From Macrostomum lignano (taxonomy: Eukaryota): 64,000 nucleotides of DNA. Below, piece by piece: positions 36,201 to 47,720 of this stretch. Both the position numbers and the translations under genes were made by a program. Every line of letters begins with the position of its first letter. Position 1 is the first letter of the stretch. The notes below the pieces were generated by a model. That model saw nothing but the letters and a program-made list of their open reading frames with translations, had not been told where the DNA came from and searched no databases. The stretch spans positions 130,764 to 194,763 of the forward strand of contig NIVC01002193.1 of NCBI GenBank assembly GCA_002269645.1, written 5' to 3'.

Positions 36201-38398
36201 CAGCGAATCGGTGAGTCATCGGTGAGCTGCTGAGTCTCTCAATAAATATCAGAGCAATCAAATCCTCACATTCTCCGCTGCTCCTAAAAGCTCCGCTGCC
36301 CCTGCGACTCCGAGCTGTCCAAGCAGCGCTTCATCTTTGATCGGCTGCTGGAGAGACAGCAGCGCCATCAATCCGAGGCGGCGGAGCTCGAAGCGGAGCG
36401 CGAGGCGCTGCTGTCCCGCCTGGCGCTGGAGCGCTATCACGAGGTCCTGGCGCCGGTGCTAGCAGCAGTGGCGCGGGCCAGCCATGGCGCTGATCATAAA
36501 AGTACATCGCAAGCGACTCCGCCAGCACCGATGGCCGCTCATCGGCTGCTGACGCCAAGGCAGCTGGCAACAATCGAGGTGATGCCTGAGGCGCAGCGCC
36601 AGGCAGCCCGGCTGGAGCGGTGCCGCCAGCTGGCTGAACACTTGGACAGTCGGCTGGCCGACACCCGAGAGGCCATCCGCCAGCTGGCCGCCCTGGGCAG
36701 CCGCGAACTCCTCGGGCAGCAGCTGCGGCGTCGGCCGCGCGCTCCTCCCACTAGCGGCGGTGGCCTCGTTGAAGTGGAGGAGTTGATGGCCGTCGCTGAG
36801 GACGAAGCCTTCCGCAGGGAGCAGTCGCTGATCTACCAGAAGCTGCGGCCGGACATCGATCTGGAGCTGAACTCGGAGATGCTGGAGCAGGCGCTCAGCG
36901 AAGTGAACGGCCACCTGATCAGCCGGCGCGAGCTGCAGTACGTGCACCGCCTGCTGAGACTGCCAGGCCATTGCCGCCTGAACTTCCGACTATTCAGCAT
37001 TGTGGCGGCGCTCAGCGAGAAGATTGTGCAGCTGGAGTGAGCGGGCGGATGCGGGAGGGGAGCTCAGAGCTTATATAAATTCGAAAATAAGAGTCTACCA
37101 TATATATACTGGATCCCTAAAAGCCCTGGAATGCAAGCGAGTCACAAGAGGGCTCAGTCGATTCTGAACAATACAAAAAACCAAGTTTCGATTCCAAGTG
37201 CAGTCACATTAATTTGGGGCTGAATTGGAATCTCGGCTTGGCTCTGCTCGGGCAATTAACGCCCTTGAAGGCCAGCCCCCAAGGCACTGTGTAGTGTACA
37301 TGCCCTAACGATAAATAAAGTTAGGGCCGCTGTACACTCCTGTGTGAGTGTGTGCCTGTGCGTATGACTGCGTACAGTACGTATCTTATATCTGCGTACG
37401 TAGCTTGTGTTGCCTGCTCAGGGGAGTCGGCAGAATGGGCAGTAATGCCTCTCGCCGGTTGTTTGATGATGTCGCTGAAAGTGCGCCAGGGTGCGCACAG
37501 CCTCCCCCTGCCTCCAACTAACTAAGCCGACAGCTCACCAACTCCAGGACGCCAAGTTATAATACACGCCTAAGACTCACTGACCTTCCGGATGTCAGAA
37601 TGCGCACAAAATCCCATAAAACTTCCAAATTGCCTTTCGCAGACCGATGCTCCGCAAGCTGGTCAACAAGGTTGACTTCGACGCTCTGGACTTCAAGATC
37701 GACCGGTGTCGAGAGCTATTCCACCTGCTGGAGTCGGGCAGCACCGCGCCTCCCGGCTGCATTTCCATCGAGGGCCTGGCAGTGGAACTCCTGGCTGGAA
37801 ATCTTAAGGACGAACATTTTGGATCGGTAAGATTCTAGGAATTTGGGGACTGATTCAGGGGCTGGGTGGGAAAGGAGACCACTGATTCAGGGACTGGGAA
37901 AGCTGATTAAGGGACGGGTGGGTGATTTAGGGACTGGGGTGGGTGATTTAGGGACTGGGGTGGGTGATTCAGGGACGGGTGGGTGGGTGATTCAGGGACT
38001 GGGGTGGGTGATTCAGGGACTGGGGTGGGTGATTCAGGGACTGGGGTGGATGATTCAGGGACTGGGATGGGTGAGGAGACCACTGAATCAGGGACTGGGA
38101 TGGAGAGGAGACCACTGATTCAGGGACTGTGTGGGGGTGAAAAACGCATCTCAATCAGAAGAGGGTTAAACAGGAATCGAACAGAAAAGTCACGCTCTAC
38201 CCAGTACTAAAAAGTAGAGATTAACGCAGATTTATTATAAACAATAATATTCCCCCATTCAATCAGGTGATGCGCAAGCTGACACGCGAGAAAAAGGGCC
38301 ACATTGATTTCCTGGAATTTCTAACCTACGTGCCGCTGTTCTTGGAAATCCATCAGAGAATCGTCGCGGACCCGCTGAGCAGCGATGCTCAGTGGTGA
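33287..38398 (+). CDS. Pro/Gln-rich protein with C-terminal EF-hand-like region; exons ~33287-33378, 34054-34175, 35447-36210 (frameshift ~35664), 36291-37036, 37643-37826, 38267-38398
   Basis: Phase-consistent GT-AG exons. The C-terminus ...LNFRLFSIVAALSEKIVQLE|PMLRKLVNKVDFDALDFK...GCISIEGLAVELLAG...KGHIDFLEFLTYVPLFLEIHQRIVADPL has EF-hand-like segments (GxIxFxEF). 5' end undetermined; family not named. Confidence 0.65.
33419..33930. repeat. Intronic minisatellite, 21 bp (CAGGATTCGGAGTGGCACTTT)
   Basis: Tandem units; explains the SATPNPE-type ORFs. Confidence 0.95.
34240..35066. repeat. Intronic minisatellite, 21 bp (CCGGTTCCTCATTGTTAATCA)
   Basis: Tandem units read directly. Confidence 0.95.
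37186..37502 (+). mobile_element. tRNA-derived SINE (copy 2, intronic; head degenerate)
   Basis: TTCGATTCCAAGTGCAGTCACATTAATTTGGGGCT...AATAAAGTTAGGGCCGCTGTACACTCCTGTGTGAG...GGGTGCGCACAGCC matches the reverse complement of 9546-9846. Confidence 0.8.
37866..38130. repeat. Intronic minisatellite, ~21-22 bp (GATTCAGGGACTGGGGTGGGT)
   Basis: Tandem units read directly. Confidence 0.9.
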
Positions 38399-38620
38399 GC
38401 GCCAGATTGAATAATTTTTTTGACAAGAAACTTAACAAATTTTTGTTGGATTTTTGTCGGGAATGTTCATTTTCTCATTCAAATAAAGAAGCACCGAACA
38501 ACAACAAATTTAACAAACGCTGACAAAAATTGCTCGTTCTTTCACGAGTACAAACCACGCGTTGTCCTAGAAATTTCCAATCTAGAATTAAAGTTCACCC
38601 TGTCACAGTTTAGAATAGCA

Positions 38621-38720
38621 CAACAACAGCAGCAACAACAACAACAACAACAACAACAACAGCAAAAACAACAGCAGCAAAAACAACAACAGCAACAACG
38701 ACAACAGCAACAGGAACAAC
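38621..38720. repeat. (CAA/CAG)n microsatellite 5' of the LINE
   Basis: Trinucleotide run, in frame with the RT as poly-Gln. Confidence 0.95.
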
Positions 38721-40603
38721 ACTCCCGCCTGATGGATGAAGGTCTGCCGGTCTGCATGGTGAGATGGTTTGCCAGCTTCCTGGAGGGCAGGCAGATTGCG
38801 ATCCGTATTGGCAGCACCATCGGAAAATGGCGCAGGCTCAGGGAGGGCGTCCCGCAAGGCGCCGTCAGCTCCCCGGTCCTGTTCCTTCTTTACATCAACG
38901 CCTAGGCTGACCACATCGTCCAAAATCTCGGTTACAGTGGATACGCGGACGACCTCGTCATCTGGGCCTCCGGCAGAAACATCACAGATGTCCGTGAACG
39001 CATTCAAAGGGCCCTCAGCCTCATCGAAAAGTGGGCCAAAAATCTTCGCATCGAGCTCAACCCGTCGAAGACTGAATATTGTCTGTTCTCCCGTAACCGA
39101 GCCGATCGCGACACCACCGTTCAACTCGCGATGCTTGGCCGTCCTATTCCCAGCAAGCCGGCGCTGAAGTTCCTCGGGGTCTGGATTGACCACGGTCTTC
39201 TTTTCGACAAACACCTGAGCGAAATCAAGGACAAAATGCTCCGTCGAACCGTCATCATCAAAGCTTTAGCCAACCGGGAATGGGGATGGGATCGCCTCCT
39301 CCTGATCAAAGTCTACCGTGCTCTGGTCGAGTCGGTGATCTGGCATGCTGCATCGGCCTGGACGCCCTGGCTGTCCAAGACTCGCCTGGATGAGCTCGAC
39401 CGCGCCCAAAGGGAGGCGCTGCGCACCATCACCGGCTTGCCACGATCGACCCCCACGGAAGCTATTTACCTGGAGGCTCAGGTCGACCCCATCAGCGTTG
39501 AGGCCCGCAGGCGAGCTCTTCTTACCTACGAAAAAGCCATCCGTCGCCCTCTCAGCGGCCCATTTCGCAAGATCTGGGACTGGGAAAGGCACTCGAACAT
39601 CCGACTTGCAGCTAACAGAGGCCTGCGCGAACAAGCGAGGCGCATCTGCGACTCCATGATGCCGCTCCCGCGCAAGCCCTTCCACCTTACCCGACGGCCA
39701 CCCTGGGCCTCTCTTGTCGACCAGGGCATCGACTGTTTCACCAACCTGCCAGACCTGGGAGCCACTCCGACCGAACAAATTTTTGCTGCCATTGAGCAAC
39801 GCTGCCCAGGTTCCTGTACCTACTACACGGATGGCTCGGCCACCGGAGGGGTCGAAAACGGCGGAGCCGCATGGATCCTCCTCGACCAAGAAAGCACCAT
39901 CCGTCGCCGCGGGCACGCAGCAGCGGGTCGCTGGTGCAACTCCTACGAAGCCGAACTAATGGCCATCAAGCTCGCCCTGAAAGACATTATCAGCTCCGAA
40001 CCGCGCCATGCCGTCATACTGACCGACAGCCAGAGCGCCATCGCCGCCATCAAAGCTGACCGTCCAACCCTCAACCTGCGGCTTGAGCAAGTTAAAGATC
40101 TCCTCGCTAACACAGCCATGCACACGAAGATTACCCTGCAATGGGTTCCGGGACATTCGGGAGTGCCCGGTAACGAACTGGTCGACGCAGAGGCCAAGTT
40201 CGCGGCCACACTGCCTCAAGACGAGTCCGAAATTACCCTTGCAGCCATCCGTCATCATCTCAAGTACCGCCTAACCCTTCAAGGGCACATGGCCGAGGTC
40301 TACGGTAAACCGATCTCCTTCCATCAGGGACCGCGTCGCCAACAAATCCTCGTGGCGCAGGTCAGAGCAGGCAACTGCCCTGACTCCAACTATTATCGCA
40401 ACCGCACCGGCATCACCGAAGGCGGCCCCTGCCGACTTTGCCTGTATGTTCCGGACCAATTTCACCTCTGGACCTGCCCTAAGCTCGAAGCTAATCGGCG
40501 CAACATCGGCGTCACTAGTCTGAGTGACTTTGCACGTGGTGACTTGGTGGCGCAGCTCCTGGGAGCCGTCGACTGGCGGCCCCTGTGAGTTGCTCACCGC
40601 AGA
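38721..40603 (+). mobile_element. 5'-truncated non-LTR retrotransposon (RT + RNase H + Cys/His C-terminus; I/Ingi/Nimb-type)
   Basis: GVPQGAVSSPVLF, YADD (38942-38953), LNPSKT, KFLGVWID; RNase H YTDGS, SYEAELMAI, ILTDSQSAI, QWVPGHSGVPGNELVD; CRLC..HLWTC. One in-frame TAG at 38903-38905; 15-nt 3' UTR then a (CAA)n tail. Confidence 0.93.
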
Positions 40604-40812
40604 CAACAACAACAGCAAAAACAACACGTTCGTAACAGCAACAAAAACAGCAACAACAACAACAACAACAACAACAACAGCAACAACAACAACACGCTCG
40701 TAACAGCAACAACAACAGAAACAACAACAACAGCAACAACAACAACAACAACAACAACAACAAAAACAGCAACAACAGCAACAGCAACAACAACAGCAAC
40801 AACAACAACAGC

Positions 40813-40846
<34 letters not shown>

Positions 40847-40858
40847 GCAGCAAAAACA
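40604..40858. repeat. (CAA/CAG)n microsatellite tail of the LINE
   Basis: Trinucleotide run with a duplicated CAACACG(T/C)TCGTAACAGCAAC interruption. Confidence 0.95.
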
Positions 40859-40890
40859 AAATTCACTGTCAGAGTATTTAGAAGTCAGTA

Positions 40891-41160
40891 TCACAGGGCG
40901 CGCCAATTCTGGGCCAGGTCTTGAATGAAGGCCATGCCGCCGACCGAATCTGGGGCGCCGGCGTCAGCCAGCAGGCAGTCGACGAAACGCCGAGTGCGCG
41001 CCTGCCCCCGCCGGTAGGGTGCCTGCAGCATCAGCAGCAGCACCTCCTGCACCGGCTGTGGGCAGTATGACTCGGCGCGGATGATGTGGCCTGCCAGCTG
41101 AAGTCTCCGACGGCGCAACAAACAGGTCGATTGAACGGATCCGACCTGTGCTGCGATATA
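40891..41160 (-). mobile_element. 3' end fragment of an RTE-like LINE
   Basis: LLRRRRLQLAGHIIRAE...LLL..QAPYRRGQARTRRFVDCLLAD matches the RTE-type post-RT motif (RRLxxAGHxxR ... RGR). It lies tail to tail with the RNase H LINE. Confidence 0.7.
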
Positions 41161-41920
41161 CAGTGCCGCACTGGTGACCCGCGTGACTCGCTCGTGGAGC
41201 ACAGCAAGCACAAAGGAACAAGCAAGGGAGCACCCCTTGAACGACGAAGTATACATTTGTCACGTACAAGCCATACGATGAAATTAGTAAAAAATAACCA
41301 GGTAAACGACACCGCTGACAGAGCACAAGTTGGGGAGTTTAACATCGTCTATTGCCACCCAAAATGCTCAGGATTCTTGTAGACTGCAAGAGAAGTATTC
41401 TCTACAGAGTCAACAAGGGCTCTTGGCCAAATGCTTACCCTGTCGCTTCTTCTGCTCACTTCACATACATTTTTCGCCCACCAGCTACACTTGTCGCTAT
41501 TTTGTTCACATAGGCCGTAGACACAAGTTTAACTCAGGTGTCTGGCCCAAAAGGTAGGAGTGCCATTGATTTTTGTGAGGAAACCAAGTAGTTGAAAACA
41601 ATAGGATGAGAAGAAGTGGATTCTGGAAAAAATTCTTGAAGACTGGCAGGACTGAGGGACTTAAGCAGCCAGAATTCATGGCTCACATTCTCTTCCCTGG
41701 AAGGGCTGTTCAGGTCGTACCAGTTGTTAACACTCACCAAACTAGGAACTATCTGCAAGCACCTGCATGACAAGCTCCTTGAAACCCACAGAAAGCACAT
41801 AAATTGATTGAGCAAGCTAGACATAAAACTCAGGACTTCCCGTTGCTACCTCGACGTAGCATCTTCTCTTTCAAGCGATTTCTTACCAAATTGATCACTC
41901 GTTTAAAACACCTGAAAGCG

Positions 41921-42688
41921 ATGTGGCCGGCTCTGCTCCGGACACTCCTCGGCCTCATGCTGGCTACTCGGCCGGTTCCAGGGAGCGCCTGCCACATGAA
42001 GGACGAGTTCAACGCAATCGAAGGATTCCTGTGCATCCGAGACGAGTTCGTCAAAGTCATGCCGCGAGCTCGCACCGAGCTCGACTGCTCCATTCAGTGC
42101 AGATCGGAGCCCCTGTGCAAGGCGTTCACCATGGAGACGGCCACGAGCTCCCGTGTCTGTCGGCTGTTCGTGTTCGATCGGTGCAGCAAGCAAGTGCGCG
42201 ACTGCGACTGCAGCAAGCGAGGTCACGTGTTCGTCCGTCGTGAGGACCAACGACTTCGAGCTGGCGCTCTGTGCCCCGATGGCTATGGCGACGACTTTTG
42301 TGGGACAAAGTACAAGCTGTACCCCGGAATTGAGTTCTGGAAGCTGAGCAAGGCCAAGTGCGACAGCGAGCCCGGCTTGGTGATCATGGCCGATGCGATG
42401 GATGCAGCCGAGATGAGCCACATCGACATGCTTTGCAACCGTTCGAGCACAGGTACGTTTCTCGGAGGTGTGCAGCCTGCAGGCAGTCCGGAGCCGAATG
42501 GAGGCTGGATCTGGGCGAGCTGCGGTCTCCCGATCGACTCAACTCTCTGGTGTTGCGACGAGCCGAATAACAATGGACGGCAAAATGTAACCACCAGGTG
42601 GTACGACGCACCGAAACTGAGCGATCTTTCGGACCTCACGGCTGATGCTGCCGGCGTCCTGTGCGAGTGCCTTTCCCCGTTCGACTGA
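41921..42688 (+). CDS. Intronless secreted protein: signal peptide + PAN/apple domain + C-type lectin-like domain (255 aa)
   Basis: Hydrophobic N-terminus MWPALLRTLLGLMLAT; PAN pattern CSIQCRSEPLCKAF...CRL; CTL features CPDGY, C, FLGG, WIW, EPNN and terminal VLCE. Confidence 0.85.
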   Translation: MWPALLRTLLGLMLATRPVPGSACHMKDEFNAIEGFLCIRDEFVKVMPRARTELDCSIQCRSEPLCKAFTMETATSSRVCRLFVFDRCSKQVRDCDCSKRGHVFVRREDQRLRAGALCPDGYGDDFCGTKYKLYPGIEFWKLSKAKCDSEPGLVIMADAMDAAEMSHIDMLCNRSSTGTFLGGVQPAGSPEPNGGWIWASCGLPIDSTLWCCDEPNNNGRQNVTTRWYDAPKLSDLSDLTADAAGVLCECLSPFD

Positions 42689-43849
42689 GATGAAGAAAAC
42701 TGACTGAATTGAAAATGATGTAGCCAGCCAGGACTCGTTAAATATTACTGTTCTGTCGGAGGGTTGTGCAAGATTTCTGTCGGTTTAATGGATGCAACCT
42801 AAAGCAACTCATCGATCACTTTGTTACACCTTTTTGTTAATTCTTATATTTAGTAGCGTGACTACTCAATCGTCAATGAGCAGTCACTGGTGGATACCCA
42901 CGAGTGCTTTACGAGATACTCACTCTCGTGACGAGACGTTGGACTGTTTTTTACACAGAATTATCATACAGACGCTAATATCGGATTCGGATCTGAGTAT
43001 GAGTGGACTCAATGTCTATTATGGAAAGCCTTCTACATCTTATAGCCCAAGACCAATCTATAGAATTTTTATGGATGGCCATGAGCTTCAGTGACGATTA
43101 GCCAAACTATTAGATAAAGAACTATTATAACACTTTAGCATCTCTACTATCAGTAGCGTACTATTTTATTGCAAGCAAAATTTTTAAAACAGATGGAAAC
43201 GAATGCATTGAGCTGGGTAGTGCCCACCCAGTTCACTAGACTGGAGCATGGATGGAATGCAGAATGGAGACTGTGCAGACAATGAGCGAGACAGAAATTC
43301 GAGTTACAACTAAATATTAATCTGGTTGTGATAAACAAACAAAATTCGAACAATTACTTTTGTTACGTATATTAATTCCGTTTTCATTCCGTTTCAAGCC
43401 AAAAGCAGAAACTTTTTCGTCACAACACATTTTGCTACAACGGCAATTTCTATATTAGCTGGACCAATAATATTTGTTAAAAAGCACAAATCTTGGGCTA
43501 TGCAGTTCGGACTAACTTCAGTTTCTAATCGGAGCAGAAAACAAAAGGAAATGTATGATTTTAATATGGAAAAATATGAAAAATGAAAGTTTTTAAAGCA
43601 ATTTATATTGCGCAACAAAAGCTTCGCCGAAGCAGAGGGACTGTTTCTTCGCCGGTAGCTACTACTTCTAAGTAATAAAGGATGCTAAATTACTCAGTGA
43701 TAGCAAAATAGAAAAGCAGGACTGAGGACAACTGAGAGTTACACTCGATCCAAGGTGTCCGTGCTCTGATCCATGTACTTTATTGCGGCCGAGTCGTACC
43801 ACTTTCTGGGTACAGCTTGTCCTGGGAATTTGAAGGAGTTGGGTAACTA

Positions 43850-44227
43850 GAGGAGTGAGGTGGGCGGAGGAGTGAGGTAGGCGGAGCAGCGAGGTGGGCG
43901 GAGGAGTGAGGTGGGTGAAGGAGTAAGATGGGTGGAGGAGTGAGGTGGGTGGCGAAGTGAGGTGGGTGGCGGAGTGAGGTGGGTGGAGGAGTGAGGTGGG
44001 TAGAGGAATGAGTTGGGTGGAGGAGTGAGGTGGGCGGAGGAGTGAGGTGGGCGGAGGAGTGAGGTGGGCGGAGGAGTGGGTGGGTGGAGGAGTGAGGTGG
44101 GCGGAGGAGTGAGGTGGGCGGAGGAGTGGGTGGGTGGAGGAGTGAGGTGGGCGGAGGAGTATGGTGGGCGGAGGAGGTGGGCGGAGGCGTGAGGGTGGGT
44201 GGAGGAGTGTGGTGGGCGGAGGAGTGA
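43850..44227. repeat. Intronic minisatellite, 17-18 bp (GGAGGAGTGAGGTGGGC)
   Basis: Tandem units; the reverse complement of the array at 57037-57446. Confidence 0.93.
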
Positions 44228-44233
44228 ACTCAC

Positions 44234-44737
44234 TTGTTTTTGATTCGCGCGGTCCGCTAACGAGGCCTGCGGCGGGTGCACTCTCAACGCCACCATTAGC
44301 CTTGACGGGAGTAATGAGCGCTTCGTTAGCCGAAAGGTCGGGCTTGTTGCTGGCTCCCTGCGGCAGAGTGATTGGTTGATTATTTGATTGATTGGGATAA
44401 TGAAATTAAATATAAAATATTATACTATCACGATTAAAACCTACAGCGTACAGGCTTCTACGATTCTACGATTTAAGTATCTTGCGTGTGACTCTAGTGC
44501 TAAATTCCCTGCATTCAAATTCGCGCGTGACCACATTTTAATTTGGGGCTCAGGCGCACGAAAATTCACTTGATCCTGGAGCTTACGACCGACTTAAGAC
44601 TGAACCCAGGCGACACACAGCTTAAACACGCAGTGAGCACACATCTAGCGATGAGAAAGTCAGGGCCAATAACTAATTGACTAACTAACAAACTAACAAA
44701 CAAACAAACAAACAAACAAACAAACAAACAAACAAAC

Positions 44738-44795
<58 letters not shown>

Positions 44796-47720
44796 GCTAA
44801 ATGGTGCACAGTTTAGAAATTGGCTGCCTGCCAAGGGTTCAATTTCTCACTGTTTTCTCTATTGTGCTCCCTCACTGTCAGTCGCCACAACCTACTGCTG
44901 CATGCTGTGCAGCTTGGCAGAACTACCGAATTACAAATTAGAAAGCTGGTTGCGCACTCCTGCTACCTTTCCTGACTAATAGCTATTCGACGATTATTCC
45001 AATACATAATGCAATTTAGAAGCATTAAAAATGTAACAAAAATCGTCATTCTACACTTGCTCTCTGGCTTGCTGTCTGTTTTGTTTATAATAGAAAAGCG
45101 CACAGGGCCTCTTCGTAAAGGACCGAGCTAACCAGAGTGTGAGAACCGTGTGAACTTAATACTGCGTATCAGCATAGCAATACCATCTGGCCGGCCGCAC
45201 CGCAGGCAGGTTATGTATAGCAAGGTCAATGTACCCAGCGCATGAGATAAGGCTGTGACGGAATTCCAGTTCATTTTTTACATTCTCGAACTGACTCTGC
45301 GCTCTTTCTGCATGGAACAGGAATTTTGCGAAAAAAAAGTAATTGCCAAGCCAAAAGGACACTTGGCCTGGTTTCGGGGGCTTGAATTAGCAACTATGCC
45401 ATACCTGAAATTTGGGGTACCGCAACCCTGGCGTATAGTGGACACCGCTACAATACCCCTGCCATACAGTGGACACCGCTACAATACCCATGTCATACAC
45501 TGGACACCGCTAAAATACCCCTGTGATACATTGGACACCGCTACAATACCCCTGTGATACAGTGGACACCGCTACAATACCCATGTCATACATTGGACAC
45601 CGCTACAATACCCCTGCCATACAGTGGACACCGCTACAATACCCCTGCCATACAGTGGACACCGCTACAATACCCGTGTGATACATTGGACACCGCTACA
45701 ATACCCCCGTCATACAGTGGACACCGCTACAATACCCATGTCATACATTGGACACCGCTAAAATACCCCTGTGATACATTGGACACCGCTACAATACCCC
45801 TGCCATACAGTGGACACCGCTACAATACCCCTGCCATACAGTGGACACCGCTACAATACCCGTGTGATACATTGGACACCGCTACAATACCCCCGTCATA
45901 CAGTGGACACCGCTACAATACCCATGTCATACATTGGACACCGCTAAAATACCCCTGTGATACATTGGACACCGCTACAATACCCCTGCCATACAGTGGA
46001 CACCGCTACAATACCCCTGCCATACAGTGGACACCGCTACAATACCCCTGCCATACAGTGGACACCGCTACAATACCCCTGTCATACAGTGGACACCGCT
46101 ACAATACCCATGTCATACAGTCAACCTACACGTCAACTAGAATGGTATAAGAAAATCTAGTTCGATTCACGCATCTGAGCAACAAATCCCCATATGCTCC
46201 TGCAGGTAGTAAAGGCTGATCCACTTGCCGATGCAATTGAGGCACTCTCGCACACAACCATGCTGGCTAATCTCTTTGCCCACAAGACAAAACTGCGTAC
46301 TCAATACAAGAGAATATACTTTTCCGTGTCTCGCTGCATTCAATGGTGAAACAGTTGGTATTATCTACATGCATAACTGCTAGACCCAATAAATCGTTCA
46401 GAAAATTAGTTAGGATCGCTCCGAAACCCTCTCTGCAAACAGAGTGGCAATCTAGGCAGGCAACGGAAGAACTTTCTTAGAAATATCGATTTGTTCGGCT
46501 TAGGAGGGTGGCTTTCTTCTGGCTGTGTTCCAAGTTCTCGACAATTCACAGATTTTGACTTTATAATATTGCTTTTTGCCTCAAGTCACACCCTAATACC
46601 AAGTGAATAGCTGTCGTCCCTCTGCACTCAATGACACTTTCAATTTCACCCACAATGCAATCCACAATGCCACTCCTACTTATACACATCTCTATATCGC
46701 ACCCAAATGTCGGAATGTTACTTTTTCATTGCGCAATCCCTCCATATCACTCTCAACGTTACTTTGCTCATCACTTTTCAGCGTCACTCTCATTGTCACT
46801 ATCGGCGTCACTCTCATTGTCACTATCGCCTCGGCGTCACTCTCATTGTCACTATCGCCTCGGCGTCACTCTCCTTGTCACTATCACTGTCACTATCACT
46901 CTCATTGTCACTATCGGCGTCACTCTCATTGTCACTATCGGCGTCACTCTCATTGTCACTATCGGCGTCACTCTCATTGTCACTATCGCCCCGGCGTCAC
47001 TCTCATTGTCACTATCGCCTCGGCGTCACTCTCCTTGTCACTATCACTGTCACTATCACTCTCATTGTCACTATCGACGCCACTCTCCTAGTCACTACTA
47101 TAGGCGACACTCTCATTGTCACTATCTACGTCACTCTCATTGTCACTATCGACGTCACTCTCATTGTCACTATCGACGCCACTCTCCTAGTCACTATAGG
47201 CGACACTCTCATTGTCAACTATCGACGTCACTCTCATTGTCACTATCGTATCGATGGCACTCTTAATAAACAACAATTTCTGTAATCACACTCATCAATA
47301 TCGATATCACAGTGAAACCTCTGCCACTCTTCAGTTGAAAAATCAATCTCCAGTGTTCACACAAATCAAACTCAGTTTCAACCTTCTCAAGCCTCAACTC
47401 ACCTTGTCACCCTGTCGGTCGCCCCGACTGCACAGGCGCCTCCGTTTCTGGTACAGCACGTAGGCCACAGTGAATAGCACCAGAACAATGAGGATGGTTG
47501 CCACCAGGGCCACTGCAACTGTGTTATCCGGCTGTTCTGCAGTCGGCTGCTCTGTCGGATTCAAGCCCGAGGCTGCTGGAACTGGCGCTGCCGTTGTCGA
47601 GGCGACCAACTGAGTGCTAGTTGAAGCAGCATCAGGCTCCAATGGCAAAGCTAGGTCTGCTGTGTTATCTGCATCAGAATCACCTGCTACGAAACTTGTG
47701 CCATTGCTACTCCCGGTCAT
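44234..47720 (-). CDS. Putative single-pass membrane protein (S/T/A-rich ectodomain, TM helix, basic stop-transfer); exons ~47720-47403, possibly 46522-46428 and 44357-44234
   Basis: TVAVALVATILIVLVLFTVAYVLY-QKRRRL followed by a GTGAGT donor; the downstream exons have AG/GT boundaries, but linkage and termini are uncertain. Confidence 0.55.
44500..44795 (+). mobile_element. SINE-like element related to the 9546/37186 family, with a (CAAA)n(CTAA)n tail
   Basis: Shares CACATT(TT)AATTTGGGGCT (44532-44550) and GA..AGAAAGTCAGGGCC (44650-44667) with the SINE copies, then a tetranucleotide tail at 44683-44795. Confidence 0.45.
45437..46120. repeat. Minisatellite, 31 bp (GTGGACACCGCTACAATACCCCTGCCATACA) with a 186-bp higher-order repeat
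   Basis: Tandem units; variant CTAAAATACC recurs 186 bp apart (~45758, ~45944). Confidence 0.93.
46780..47248. repeat. Minisatellite, 24 bp (CGTCACTCTCATTGTCACTATCGG)
   Basis: Tandem units read directly. Confidence 0.93.

Noticed and set aside
38420-38905. Poly-Gln protein gene
   Set aside because: It is a CAA microsatellite fused in frame to a truncated LINE RT.
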